DNA from: Candidatus Bathyarchaeota archaeon
GTDB taxonomy: Archaea; Thermoproteota; Bathyarchaeia; Bathyarchaeales; Bathycorpusculaceae
Length of the DNA: 64,000 bases
Assembly: GCA_963780185.1 (NCBI GenBank)
Contig: CAWABA010000010.1
Span: forward strand, 58,081 to 122,080
Reading direction: 5' to 3'
Both the position numbers and the translations under genes were made by a program. Below are positions 52,829 through 63,543 of this stretch, piece by piece (within the stretch, counting starts at the first letter, position 1; every line of letters starts with the position of its first letter). The notes below the pieces were generated by a model. The model searched no databases. It worked only from the letters and a program-made list of their open reading frames with translations, and had not been told where the DNA came from.

Positions 52829-55213
52829 GTGAAACTTAAGTTTTGGCTGCTGGACATTAATCCACGAACTGTGGAGGGGAAACCTGTTGAGTTGTGGCTT
52901 TGGGGAATTGATCCGCATGGAAACAGGGTGCTCGCTATTGACAGAAACTTTGCAGCTTACTTTTACGTCGTGGTCAAAGAAGGATTCGACCCGTTGCAGG
53001 TTGAGAAGGAAATAGTGGAGCTTTGCCAGTCATCAATAGTTAAGTCGGAAGTTGCAGAGCGCCGCTTCTTCGGCAAATCCGTGCAGGCAATCAAAGTCTA
53101 CTGCAAGGTTGCATCTGAAACTGGGAAGCTTGCACGGCAACTTCGAGAGTTCGAAGCCGTGGAAGAATGCCTCGAAGACGACATTCGCGTCCCAATGCAG
53201 TACCTAATCGACAACGACATGGCACCCTGCGCGTGGCACGAAATGGACGCTGAAGAAGAGGCAACCATGCCTAAGCTGAGAGTTGACAAAGTCTACGCCG
53301 TCTGCTCGGCTCCTAAACAACTTGGCTCTCTTGAGAAACCGACACTTCGAACCCTGAGTTTCTCCATGGTTAGCTACAGCCGCGAAGGTTCACCTAAGCC
53401 AGACAGAAACCCCGTTGTGATAATATCTACTGCAGCCAGCAACGGCGAAGAGAAGCAGTTCTGTGCAAGCGACGACAGGAACGATAAACCCGTATTGAGC
53501 AGTTTGTTGAATATGTCCGCGGTTTTGATCCTGACATCATCCTGAGCTTCGGCGGCAACACGAAACACTGGGATTACCTGGCAAAGCGGGCGCATACGAT
53601 GCAGAGCACCTTTGATGTTGACCGGGCAAAGAAGGAGCCGCATACCAGCGTTTACGGACACGTTTCTTTCACAGGAGTCGCTAACGTTGACCTCGCTGAC
53701 TTCATGGATGTCTTTCCCGACGTGAAGGTCCAAACCCTCGCCAACCTGGCTAACTACCTCGGCGCAACAAAAGATGTTTCAGGGGGCGAAATTGAAGATG
53801 TTGAATTTGCCGATTACTGGGATGACCCCGAGAAAAAGCGGCAGCTTAAAGCGCTCAGCCTCGGCAACGCACGCAAAATTCGAAGCTCCGCCGTGTTGCT
53901 GCTGGATTTTGCGATGCAGCTTTCAAGCTTAGTGAGTTTGCCGCTTGACCACGTTATGACTGCCGCTGTGGGCTTCAGAGTCGAATGGTTCCTCATTAAG
54001 CAGACACGCAAAATCGGCGAACTCGTGCCCCGAAGGATTGAGCAGCCTTACCGCCCTTACGCAGGCGGGTTGGTGCTTAAGCCGAAACGCAGGTTTGCAT
54101 GATGACATAGCGGTGTTAGATTTCAAATCAATGTACCCCAACATAATGATACGGTACAATCTGTCACCTGACACCTACGTTCCGCCTGAAGCGCCTGAGC
54201 CGAAAGGCGGGGTGTTTGAGGCGCCAGAGGTAAATCATCGATTTCGAAAGGAACCGCCTGGATTTTACAAAGAAGCATTGAGTTTTCTTATAGATGTCAG
54301 GAATCAAATACAGACTCAGATGAAGACGCTTCAGCCTAGCACGGTTGAATACAGCGTTTTGGATGCTCGGCAGAAAGCCGTAAAAATCATAACAAACGCA
54401 GCCTACGGATACGCGGGGTGGATTGGTGCAAGATGGTACCTCAAGCCCGTAGCTGAAGCGGCTTCAGCATGGGGCAGATACACGATTTTAGGTGCCAGCC
54501 GTCTAGTCGAGGGCAAAGGCTTAACAATCATCTACGGCGATACAGACAGCCTGTTTTTAACAAACAATGAAAAGAAAATCCATGAGCTGCAAAAAGAAAT
54601 CGGCATTGAGCTGGGTCTTGAGGCGGAAGTTAGCGAGGTCTACACCCGTATTTTCTTCACTGAAGCCAAGAAACGGTACGCTGGTTTGAGGGCGGACGGC
54701 AGTTTAGATATCGTTGGATTGGAGGTTATGCGGGGCGATTGGGCTCAGGTTGCAAAAACTGTTCAGGAGAATGTGCTAGGAATAATTCTGAGGGAAAAAT
54801 CGCCGAAGAAAGCTGTTGACTACGTGCACAAAGTGGTGGCTGAACTCAAAAACCGACAGATTCCTTTTCGCGATCTTATAATCTGGAAGACTCTGACAAA
54901 GCCGCCTGAGCAGTACGCGATTAGGAGCCCTCATGTGGAGGCTGCGAAAATGCTCAAAGAAAAGGGCTGGCGGCTAACTGGCGGCGACAAAGTGGGCTTC
55001 GTTATTCTGGCGGGGACGGGACGATTTTACAATCGTGTGAAACCCTATATCTTCGCCAATTACGATGAGGTAGATGTAGATTACTACATAACCAACCAGG
55101 TTGTTCCTGCAGCAGCACGGATACTGGCGTCTTTTGGGGTAACTGAAAAAGAGTTGGCTTCTGATGAAAAGATGGAAGCTAAGGAAATTAAGAGTTTAAC
55201 GGATTATTTTTAG
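52829..55213 (+). CDS. polB: Family B DNA polymerase, PolB3-like (frameshifts near 53500 and 54090)
   Basis: FWLLD N-terminus, EDDI...YLID, YAGGLV, DFKSMYPNIM, KIITNAAYGY, YGDTDSLF, KKRYAG, YYITNQVVP across three ORFs. Confidence 0.9.
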
Positions 55214-56376
55214 GCTTGTGCGACTGCTTCTTGGAAAGTTACCAATTCAACGTTCAAGGCTGGCTTGACTGCTTCGGAGATTCTTGAGGCAACTATGCGT
55301 CTGATGTTTTTCTCGCCTGCTATGTCAACGATTCTCTGCGTGATGATGCCGTCGAAAACCACTGTGTCAACACCCGTTACCTGCTGAAGCTTCTCCGCAA
55401 GTTGGCTTACTGGTAACCTTTCAACCTGCTCGAACTTTTCGTTCAGCAAAATGGCTTCAAGTGTTCCTTGCAGAGATTTTGCGGCTTGCGCTACTGGTTC
55501 TGGGACCTCTATCTTCACTGGCTCAGGGATCTTCTTTGGAGGTGGCGCCGGTTTGCCTGTGACTTCTGAAATTGGGACGCGGTTTTCAAAGGCTTCGTTG
55601 ACTTCTTTGCAGTTGCATTCTTCGATTTCTTTGCCTCTTGGAGCGCGGCCTACCCATTTTATGTTGGTGACCTGTAGCAGTTCTTTGAGTATTAGGTCGC
55701 CGCCTCGGTCTCCGTCAAGTAGGGCAGTGGCGTTTTTCTCTTTTGTTAGCTTCTTTATTGACTCGGGTACTTTGGCGCCTTCAAGTGCAACTGTGTTGAA
55801 GATTCCGCAACGCATTAAGTTGATTATGTCTGCGCGTCCTTCTACAATTATGATTTCTTTGGCTGCGTCTAGTCCTGGGCCTGCAGGTAAGTCTTCTGGA
55901 CCGTACTTTTCTACTTTGCCTACTTTCATGGTGTCTGAGATTTCTTTGTAAACGTCTTCGACGCTTGGCATCGATTCGATGTTCCACTTGTGCAGGATTT
56001 CTTTTGCGCGGTCAATGATGATTTTTCGGCGTGCTTCCCGTATGTCCTCGATTTTTTCTAGGCTGACTTTTGCTGAGCATGGTCCGACGCGGTTTATGCT
56101 TTCGATGCTGGCTGCGATAAGTGCGGTTGAAACTCTGTCGAGGCTTGTGGGTATGGTTATTGAGCCTTGGGTGTGGTCGTTTTTTGAGTGGAGGTCGATT
56201 TCTATTCGTCCGATGCGTCCGGTTTTTTGCAGTTCGCGTAGGTCTAGTTCTGGTCCGAAAAGTCCTTCTGTTTGCCCGAAAACTGCGCCGATTACGTCGG
56301 GTTTTTCTACAACGCCTTCTATTTCGAATCTAGCAAGTACAACGTACTTAATCGTGAATGTTTGGGATGTTCCCGT
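55210..56376 (-). CDS. dnaG: Archaeal DnaG (TOPRIM, exosome-associated)
   Basis: In-frame extension of ORF 55210-55971 by 135 codons (GTSQTFTIKY...GVVEKPDVIGAVFGQTEGL...GRIGRI); IIVEGRAD, DGDRGG, FDGIITQR. Confidence 0.93.
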   Translation of the reverse strand, partial: TGTSQTFTIKYVVLARFEIEGVVEKPDVIGAVFGQTEGLFGPELDLRELQKTGRIGRIEIDLHSKNDHTQGSITIPTSLDRVSTALIAASIESINRVGPCSAKVSLEKIEDIREARRKIIIDRAKEILHKWNIESMPSVEDVYKEISDTMKVGKVEKYGPEDLPAGPGLDAAKEIIIVEGRADIINLMRCGIFNTVALEGAKVPESIKKLTKEKNATALLDGDRGGDLILKELLQVTNIKWVGRAPRGKEIEECNCKEVNEAFENRVPISEVTGKPAPPPKKIPEPVKIEVPEPVAQAAKSLQGTLEAILLNEKFEQVERLPVSQLAEKLQQVTGVDTVVFDGIITQRIVDIAGEKNIRRIVASRISEAVKPALNVELVTFQEAVAQA

Positions 56377-56589
56377 AAATATGCACTCCTGATGATTTAT
56401 TATTGATTATTTGTTAATCACATAAAGCGAGCATGTTCTCGCTAAGATGAGATTCTAATTTCTTATTAGTTTGATACAATTTAGGTGCAACCTGTCTAAT
56501 AATATTTATGGTTTAATAGTTCAGCAAGTTTTGCTGTTCAGCGAAGAGGTTTTTGTTTTTTTCTGTGTTTTTCGGTTTTGGTTTTAATT

Positions 56590-56772
56590 TTTAAGTTGCG
56601 ACTTTTGCTACGGGAAAGTTGCGACTTTCGCGGGTGGCGTTGCGTTTTCTGTTGCTTTTTTGGTTTGGGCTTGGCTTCTGCTTTTTCGTTGCGACTTAGG
56701 GATGGGCGGAATGCGACTTTGTATGTTGACTCAACATAGGCGGCATTGTCGCATATGGGCGCTGCGACTTTC
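56590..56772 (-). repeat. Dispersed intergenic repeat, subtype A copy 2
   Basis: About five TGCGACTT iterations; colinear with 38575-38765. An extra half copy AAGTTGCGACTTT lies at ~57003. Confidence 0.85.
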
Positions 56773-57024
56773 TCGGCGGTACGGTTTGGGGTTAGAATGC
56801 AGAAGGATAGTTGCTGAGCCCTCAAGAAAATGTATACTTAAGGTGACTACAAAACCAAAAGGGTGTAGTCACCCCACCTGCAATGGGAAAACGGAGAAGA
56901 ATGTAGGATTTGACCCGCGCGATCTTTCGACCATAGGCTTGGTGGGGGCGGGTTCGGTTTTGGATTCTGTTTTTCCAGTTTTGGAGGCTTGAAGGTTTTG
57001 GCAAGTTGCGACTTTCGATGTTGA

Positions 57025-57276
57025 GTGCATGTTGAAGTTATTGTTGACGGCAATTATGTTGGAACAGGATCGGCAACGGTCCAAGTTCCCATCGGAGATC
57101 ACACTGTTACAGTGGATTACCAAGCTTACAACGAAGGCTGGAATGGCTACGGAACAATCATGGAAATAGACGGCAATTACTGCGGCAACTACCAAATCTA
57201 CAGCGGATATCCTGTCAACGTTAACATATTTGTCTATTATGATACAGAAATTGACGCAGTATACTCGATAAATTAG
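57025..57276 (+). pseudogene. Fragment resembling the C-terminal beta-sandwich of a secreted protein
   Basis: VIVDGNYVG...GDHTVTV (PEGA-like); no signal peptide; begins right after a repeat half-copy. Confidence 0.4.
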
Positions 57277-57556
57277 CGCACATCCGCCAAATTTTCTTTT
57301 TTTTCTTTTAAGCCAACCGGGAGATTTATTTTTGGGATTGAACAGTTGGAATTAGATAGTTCTTCCCTTTCACTTCCGAAGCCAAGCGTGCATCGTGAAT
57401 TCTCATAAACCACCTTAAGAGCCTCCTCTAACAAAATCTCTCAAAGTTATGAAGATTGAATCAGACCTTAAATTGAGGAAAACGGTTTTATGACCTTTAT
57501 GATCCAGATTGATAACTGTTTAAGTGAATAATCAATTTGACTTAATGACTGTTTTA

Positions 57557-58174
57557 TTATATTGGGACAGTAAAGGTTTGGTTGAAGTTGACCGTGGATT
57601 CGTCCACTGGAAAAATACCTAGTAGAGTTGTTTCATAAATTTTGAAGGTGAGCATAAAATCCAAATTATATGCGCCAGGACCGAGTATTTGATAGGTTAA
57701 GCCGGCTACGGAATAATTCTGAGAGGAAGGGTAAAGCAAAAGGGGTTGAATAATCAAAGCCCCCGACGGACTTGATTTGATAGTTACGTCTTCAGCGATC
57801 AGGTTTAGTCCTTGGATGAAAAAGCTCTTTGTCTCCTCGGTCTTAAAGATGTAAAGCGTTGCTCGACCCGTGTTTGGATGATCGCTATATATGGGCAGTT
57901 GTATTAGAAGCAACCATTTTGTTCCACCATACGAAAAAGTGCTGGTGCCATTTATCATGAAAGGGACACTCAGCGCATCTTGGGAGTTAACAACTGAAAT
58001 ATTACTTATCTGAAGGTAGAAGTGTGCATAGGCTTCTGAACAAAACGTCACAAGCAAAATAACGGCTAACACCAAGCCATACTTCTTTACCTTAGATCGA
58101 GACCGTTTTGTCGAATCAGTCATGTCCATATGAGCCATTCTAAGTTTGCTAATCATAGCTTTGGCTTCTTGCAC
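57557..58174 (-). CDS. Hypothetical N-terminally anchored protein
   Basis: Basic stretch plus TM (KKYGLVLAVILLV), then a beta-rich domain. Start uncertain. Confidence 0.6.
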   Translation of the reverse strand: MQEAKAMISKLRMAHMDMTDSTKRSRSKVKKYGLVLAVILLVTFCSEAYAHFYLQISNISVVNSQDALSVPFMINGTSTFSYGGTKWLLLIQLPIYSDHPNTGRATLYIFKTEETKSFFIQGLNLIAEDVTIKSSPSGALIIQPLLLYPSSQNYSVAGLTYQILGPGAYNLDFMLTFKIYETTLLGIFPVDESTVNFNQTFTVPI

Positions 58175-58455
58175 TTGTTTTTTTCTTTAATCAACAGATT
58201 GTTAGTCATCAGATTATTTATTTCTACCTTTTAGGTCTCTTCAAAAATCAAAAATTAGCATAGTTTTAAATGAAGCAACAGAAGGTATATTAGTTATAAG
58301 TTTTTAGAAGGTCGTATTCGCTGTTAGGCTCTGTCTTGAGGATTAATTAGGCTAGCTTTAGGCGTGGAAAAACAATTGTCCTAAAGTGTAGAAATAAATA
58401 ATCTTGCTTAGTAACAAGCCAGTGGCAAAGGCAAGAATGCTTGAAGGAAGAAAAT

Positions 58456-59395
58456 ATGTTCAGCAAAATTAAAACCCTTTCCTCCGATCGGTCTAATTCA
58501 TCAGGTCAGACACCATCAACCCCGAAAGCTCCTAAACGATTTGGTAAAAAGCGCTATACCGTAACAGACTGCCGTAATCGGCGTTGCAGTTATTGTGTTT
58601 GCTCTTTTGATTACTCCGGGAACTGCCGCCATATCACTAAACGTTAACTACACCGTTGGAGAAAAGATGATTTATTCTACAATCACAACTATTTCGCTGA
58701 AAACAATTCCAACTCAATAGCGGCTACCAAGGACCACCAACTAACAATATAACTATCGCTGGCGAGCAAACCTTGGAAGTACTAGGTTTTGATTGCCAAA
58801 CCTATACTTTGAATAACACCATTACCACACCAGAAACAACCAACCAAGGAAATATACCCTTCAGTTGCTCAACCATTGAAAAAATGAATAAAACCGGCTA
58901 TTCAACATTCCTTGTTAACTTGGGAAACATCTCGCAAGAAGAAATTTCTGACAACAACCCTACAAGCAGCAACTATCTTGCCCAGTTGCTAAGCAAACCC
59001 GAAGTGAAAGTCGGCGATTCAATAACCATCCCCTACCCCGCTCAATCCTCTCGTCAAATATACAAATAACAGGCGATTTAACGTTGACGTTCAAAGGTTT
59101 CCAGGACCTAACTGTGCCGGCAGGAACATACAAAGTATTCACGGTAGACGTCACAAGCAATAATCTTTTACTGACCATCAAAACGCCGGCATCATCCATT
59201 GAAGCATCAAACACCACAGCACAAACAACCGCAACCATGAACATGGACATGAACTATCAAATGTATTATGAATATAACACCATGCGGCAAATTCAGTCAT
59301 CCATGCAGCAGACCACCAACTTCCAGTCAACAACACTAAATTACACAATGACCACAACAAGCGGGATCATTCTCAACCAAGATATCCAACCATAA
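58456..59395 (+). pseudogene. Multiply frameshifted membrane-anchored secreted protein
   Basis: Pieces in different frames: FGKKRY+TM, ISLNVNYTVGEKMIY, EVLGFD...VKVGDSITIP, LTVPAGTYKVF. Could partly be sequencing error. Confidence 0.55.
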
Positions 59396-59460
59396 AAACT
59401 GCTTTCGCCCTTTCAATTTTGAGTTATTGATTACTGGGTAAATAATTAATTTCCAGCGTC

Positions 59461-59700
59461 ATGGAATACTGGAACGGAGCGCAATGGGTATTGGCGAGCG
59501 ACATTTCTGTTTCAGGAGATACTATTACGGGAAGGATTCCAGTTGAATTTTTAACTGTGACTCCAATTGCGTTGGGTTCGCCGGTTTTCGTTACGCCTGA
59601 ATCTCCATTAGGTGCCCTTCTGGCTTTGTCTGCTTGCTTTGCAGCGGTTGCAGCATTTACGGCTTTCAACAAAAAGACAAAAAACAGCCCTCAGCAATAA
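59461..59700 (+). pseudogene. Orphan C-terminal fragment of a surface protein with PE(S)P-TM-basic anchor
   Basis: YWNGAQW...TITGRIP...TPIALG...PESPLGALLAL...CFAA resembles the C-terminus at 28124-28400. Confidence 0.6.
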
Positions 59701-59806
59701 GAAGAAACGTTGCTTAGCTCAAATGCGGAACCAATCAAACTCCACATTTTCTAAGCGGGCTTTTGCTAAAAGAAAATTTTGGGAATTCGGTTGAAAAGTG
59801 TGCTTC

Positions 59807-60424
59807 TTAGCTGCTACTTGAGCCTGTTATGACAATGTTAAAGCTGAAACTCGTTAAGTTGCCTGTGTCGGACGTAACGGTAAGCGTGAGAGTTGCAGCC
59901 ACAACTGAACCTGCATGAAGCACGGTTCCTACTTGGTTCCACGTTAAAGTTAGGTAGGTATTGGCTGATGCAGGACTCCAGCCTGAAGTGCTCATGCTGA
60001 GTGTCTCAGACATGTTGCCGAGGTTTTCAACGTACACGGTTTGGCTTACTACGCTGCCCGGTGTTAGGGGTCCCCAGTTAATGTTTGTGCAATTGAGAGT
60101 TGCTGCCTCATTACTGTAGACTCCAATGTTTACCGAGTTGGTAATGGCACTGCCGAAGCTACCGTTTCCCATGAACCCGATGGTCAAGGCTCCCATCCAT
60201 GCAGCTACGACGACGCTGGCTGTAACTGTCACGGCGATGATTATGATTGTGGCGATTACGGGGGTCAGTGCTTTTGCATTTTTCCTAAATTTCATGTAGC
60301 CCTTGCTACCGCTGAATGATGTGGTTTTTTGAGCCACTGATAATCCTGTGGATGCCGCTGCAAGAGTAACTCCTGTTAACACTAATACTTTGATTGCTAT
60401 GCTGGGCACTTTTCCAATTTTCAA
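59807..60424 (-). CDS. Secreted protein containing an archaellin/type IV pilin class III signal peptide
   Basis: MKFRKNAKA|LTPVIATIIIIAVTV from ATG 60295, then VNIGVYS...INWG.LTPG...VYVEN.GN beta-sandwich. Confidence 0.7.
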   Translation of the reverse strand: MKIGKVPSIAIKVLVLTGVTLAAASTGLSVAQKTTSFSGSKGYMKFRKNAKALTPVIATIIIIAVTVTASVVVAAWMGALTIGFMGNGSFGSAITNSVNIGVYSNEAATLNCTNINWGPLTPGSVVSQTVYVENLGNMSETLSMSTSGWSPASANTYLTLTWNQVGTVLHAGSVVAATLTLTVTSDTGNLTSFSFNIVITGSSSS

Positions 60425-60794
60425 TTTAATGTCCTTTTCTTTAACAAAATTGTGTATAGTGAGTATTAATAAATCTTATTCAGTGAAAATAAGTGTATAC
60501 CTTGAAAACAAAAAGGGCGCAATCTACGACAATATCCCCCGACTATAGGTGTGCAATTGCCTAAAAACAGCTTCCTTCTCAAGATTTTACATTATTTAAA
60601 CGATAAAGTGGCAGCTTCTTCATGAACAACAAAGGAAATAATTTTTGGCTTTTCCTATCTCAGCGTCTATGTAGATAATAGAGCCATTAACCCTTATCGA
60701 AGTTGTTTATAAAAACTAATCTGATTGCCCATAATACGATAATAGGAAACAGAGAAAACCGTGAGATTGAAGGCTCTATCTTATGTTTGGTCAA

Positions 60795-60900
60795 TTATCT
60801 TCTTTTTTTTTGTTCATCATAATCCTGCTGCGTAATCAACCCCTTATCCAGCATACCCTTCAACTGCTGAAGCTTCTGCACAGCGAGGACGATATCGCCA
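60795..60900 (-). pseudogene. SHOCT-domain remnant
   Basis: Hand translation: DIVLAVQKLQQLKGMLDKGLITQQDYDEQKKR. An in-frame stop lies just upstream. Confidence 0.5.
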
Positions 60901-61116
60901 CTTAGGGTATGTTCCGCCGAACTGATGTATGCTTTACTCTCCTACAGGCTAATCTTGAGAGCATGCAAGCAAACAAACAAGACCAAAAAAGGCGATAAAT
61001 CGTTCGTTTTTTCACGGCAAATTACTTAACAGCATTTTTCTCGCGAGGGTTGGACTGGGCATGGTTGCTGGTTGAAATCGGGCGCTGAGCGAATTGAAAT
61101 TTGTAGAGATCCTATT

Positions 61117-61917
61117 TTAGGTTGAGGCGGGGGTGAAGTTGAAGCTTTTTATCACCACCGCGACGGTTTGCCCGTTGGTCGGTGCGTGTCCATTTAGCAG
61201 CCAAAGGTTAATCATGCCCACTACTCCGGTGGAGTCGACGCTGACTGGGCTGGTGAACGAGCCGACAACGCTGGATGGAGGCGGGCTAGTTATGCTTGGT
61301 GCTCCTTGCAGACTTTCGAAAAACACTTTGCTTGTTGTCCATGTGAAGAAGTGTGTTGAGTAGCTGCCTGTCAGTTTGGCGTTGAATGACTGCTGATTGT
61401 ACCCCAATGTGTAGGGTCCAGGCTGCACCGTGAACCACAGGTTATTTCCAGTTCTGGCTCCCCACGTTGAGAGTTCAATGTCGACTTCGTGGGAGTCGTC
61501 TTTGTAGGCGAAGAGCCCCAGCACCGTGTTTCTGTCGAGGGTTGCTGCGTTGTTTGAAATCACATAGCTGTATGTACCGTAGCCGAGTGCTTGCACAGTA
61601 TTTAGGTTGACGCAGTACCACGCGTTTTTCACGTGTGTAAGTTGAACGTGGAGCCAACCGTTGCTGTCTACCCAGACGTTGTTTGAGCTGCTTGAAAAGT
61701 GGTTTGGACCGGGGTCAAAGGTGCCTGATCCAGTGTTTTCAGCGTACCATGTGTAGCCTGAAAAAGAAATCGTGCCCGTTGACTGGTTCACGTAAGTGTT
61801 GCCTGATTTCACTGCAGCGGCTGCTTGAAGTGGAAAAGCGGAGGCTAACGAGACGAAACAGCTTAAAACCAAAATTATGCCTGCAGCAAGGGTTGCTAAC
61901 TTAATCTTCTTAATCAT
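61117..61917 (-). CDS. Secreted glycoside hydrolase family 16-like protein
   Basis: Signal peptide MIKKIK; NVWVDSNG.LH; LGYGTY; catalytic-type HEVDIE; INLWL. Confidence 0.75.
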   Translation of the reverse strand: MIKKIKLATLAAGIILVLSCFVSLASAFPLQAAAAVKSGNTYVNQSTGTISFSGYTWYAENTGSGTFDPGPNHFSSSSNNVWVDSNGWLHVQLTHVKNAWYCVNLNTVQALGYGTYSYVISNNAATLDRNTVLGLFAYKDDSHEVDIELSTWGARTGNNLWFTVQPGPYTLGYNQQSFNAKLTGSYSTHFFTWTTSKVFFESLQGAPSITSPPPSSVVGSFTSPVSVDSTGVVGMINLWLLNGHAPTNGQTVAVVIKSFNFTPAST

Positions 61918-62595
61918 ATAACTTCCTTTCCTTGCGGATGTAAGGTTTGTTTGGCTGCTTGGTGAGTTTCTGCACCGAAAAATATGCATACCTTAGTTTG
62001 CCCTGGAGCAACCGAAACCTAATTCGCATGAATGCTTATCGACGGGGCGGATTTAAGACTTTGTTAGCATGCTTAGTTCAATGACGAATGAGCACTCGGG
62101 GTTCATTGCCACTAAATAGCGCGTCATTGTGAACAGGCGCAAAATTATTTATTCTGACATCGGGATGTTTGGGTTCCCGGTTCAGCTGCCAATTTTTTAG
62201 ATCACGCGAAGCCCGAATGTTGGGCTGAATCACTTCCTATTTTAATCGAAAAAGTAGGGTTGGGCGAATCAGCCTTGTTAACCGATGCGGCTACTAAAAA
62301 GTGTTGGGAAGAGCGAGGAGAGAGATTTTGCCGCATTTTGGTTAACTGTTGGTTCGCCAAACGTGCTATGCGGGTTTTCTTGCGCAGTAGTTTAATCATG
62401 TAAGGCAATAAAAGAATATGTGACTGTATCATACAGCCAACATTTAAGGCAGTTAGCTTTATGCCGCTTGGTCATCTTTCTTGCAATTTGTTTTCGGTTC
62501 ACCAACAAAAGGAAGCTGGTCTCTTTCCTTCTTTAACCCTTCACCTTAAATAATAAGGCGGAGAAAAGATAGAGACTCAGATAGCGGCGAGGCTT

Positions 62596-63384
62596 ATGAG
62601 TTTACGGTTAAATCCTGAATACAGCAAGTTGTTGCCACAGATGTCCGAAGAGGAATTCGCCGAACTAAAGGCATCCATAAAGTCGGAGGGCCAACATTAC
62701 CCAATAATCGTAAACGAAGACCTTGAAGTTTTAGATGGGCACCACAGGTACCGCGCCTGCACCGAACTTGGAATTGAGCCAGATTTTGAAGTTCGCAGGT
62801 TCGAGGACAAGCTGCTTGAGAAGAAATTCGTCATCGAAGCTAACCTTAGGCGCCGCCACCTCAACAATTTTCAGCTTGTTGAGCTTGCCGTGCCGCTGCT
62901 GGAGATTGAAAAAGCATTGGCGAAGAAGCGGCGGACCAAAGTTGAAACTGACGGCGGAGACTTGGAGCAGGGGTTAACGCCAGACGATGTTGAGCCTGAG
63001 TTCAAGACCAAGGCAACTGAGGCAGTAGCTAGAAAGGCGGGTGTTTCAACACGAACTTTCGAAAGAGGCAAAACAATCCTTGAGAAGGGAACTGAAGACG
63101 AAAAGCAGCAACTACGCGAAGGAAAAGCCAGCATCACTAAGGTTTACACCGAAATAAAATCTGGCGAAAACGCCCAACTGGGAAAAGAGGCTGTGCCCCC
63201 TCAAAAGGAGCTGAGCCCACTTGACATTCAAAATCTCGCGCAGCTGTCGGCTTTTTTGGAGCTTCTGCAAAAACACGAATTGTTCTGTCCTTCATGCGGG
63301 AACGCTATGTTTTCGTGCAGCAAATGCCATAAAACCCTGCGGGAACTTGTGAAGCCCAAAAACCCTACGGACAATGCGGATTAA
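62596..63384 (+). CDS. ParB/Srx N-terminal domain protein with HTH and C-terminal zinc ribbon
   Basis: LKASIKSEG...PIIV...LDGHHRYRAC, N..RRHL, VARKAGVSTRT, CPSC...CSKC. Confidence 0.85.
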   Translation: MSLRLNPEYSKLLPQMSEEEFAELKASIKSEGQHYPIIVNEDLEVLDGHHRYRACTELGIEPDFEVRRFEDKLLEKKFVIEANLRRRHLNNFQLVELAVPLLEIEKALAKKRRTKVETDGGDLEQGLTPDDVEPEFKTKATEAVARKAGVSTRTFERGKTILEKGTEDEKQQLREGKASITKVYTEIKSGENAQLGKEAVPPQKELSPLDIQNLAQLSAFLELLQKHELFCPSCGNAMFSCSKCHKTLRELVKPKNPTDNAD

Positions 63385-63543
63385 ACCGCGGATATCCAAT
63401 TGCTTCCTTGCATCGGGAAACGGTTTCTTCTGAGTTGTTTGAGGGCTCGCTACCCAAATGATCCCATCGGGTTAGGGAGATGTTGATCGCTCCAAAAAAG
63501 TTTAACTATTCTGGTTCTTGTACTAGTACTTGGAGTAGTGTGA

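Noticed and set aside
52829-55213. Naturally split DNA polymerase (three ORFs)
   Set aside because: The breaks fall mid-motif with overlapping frames, consistent with indel errors.
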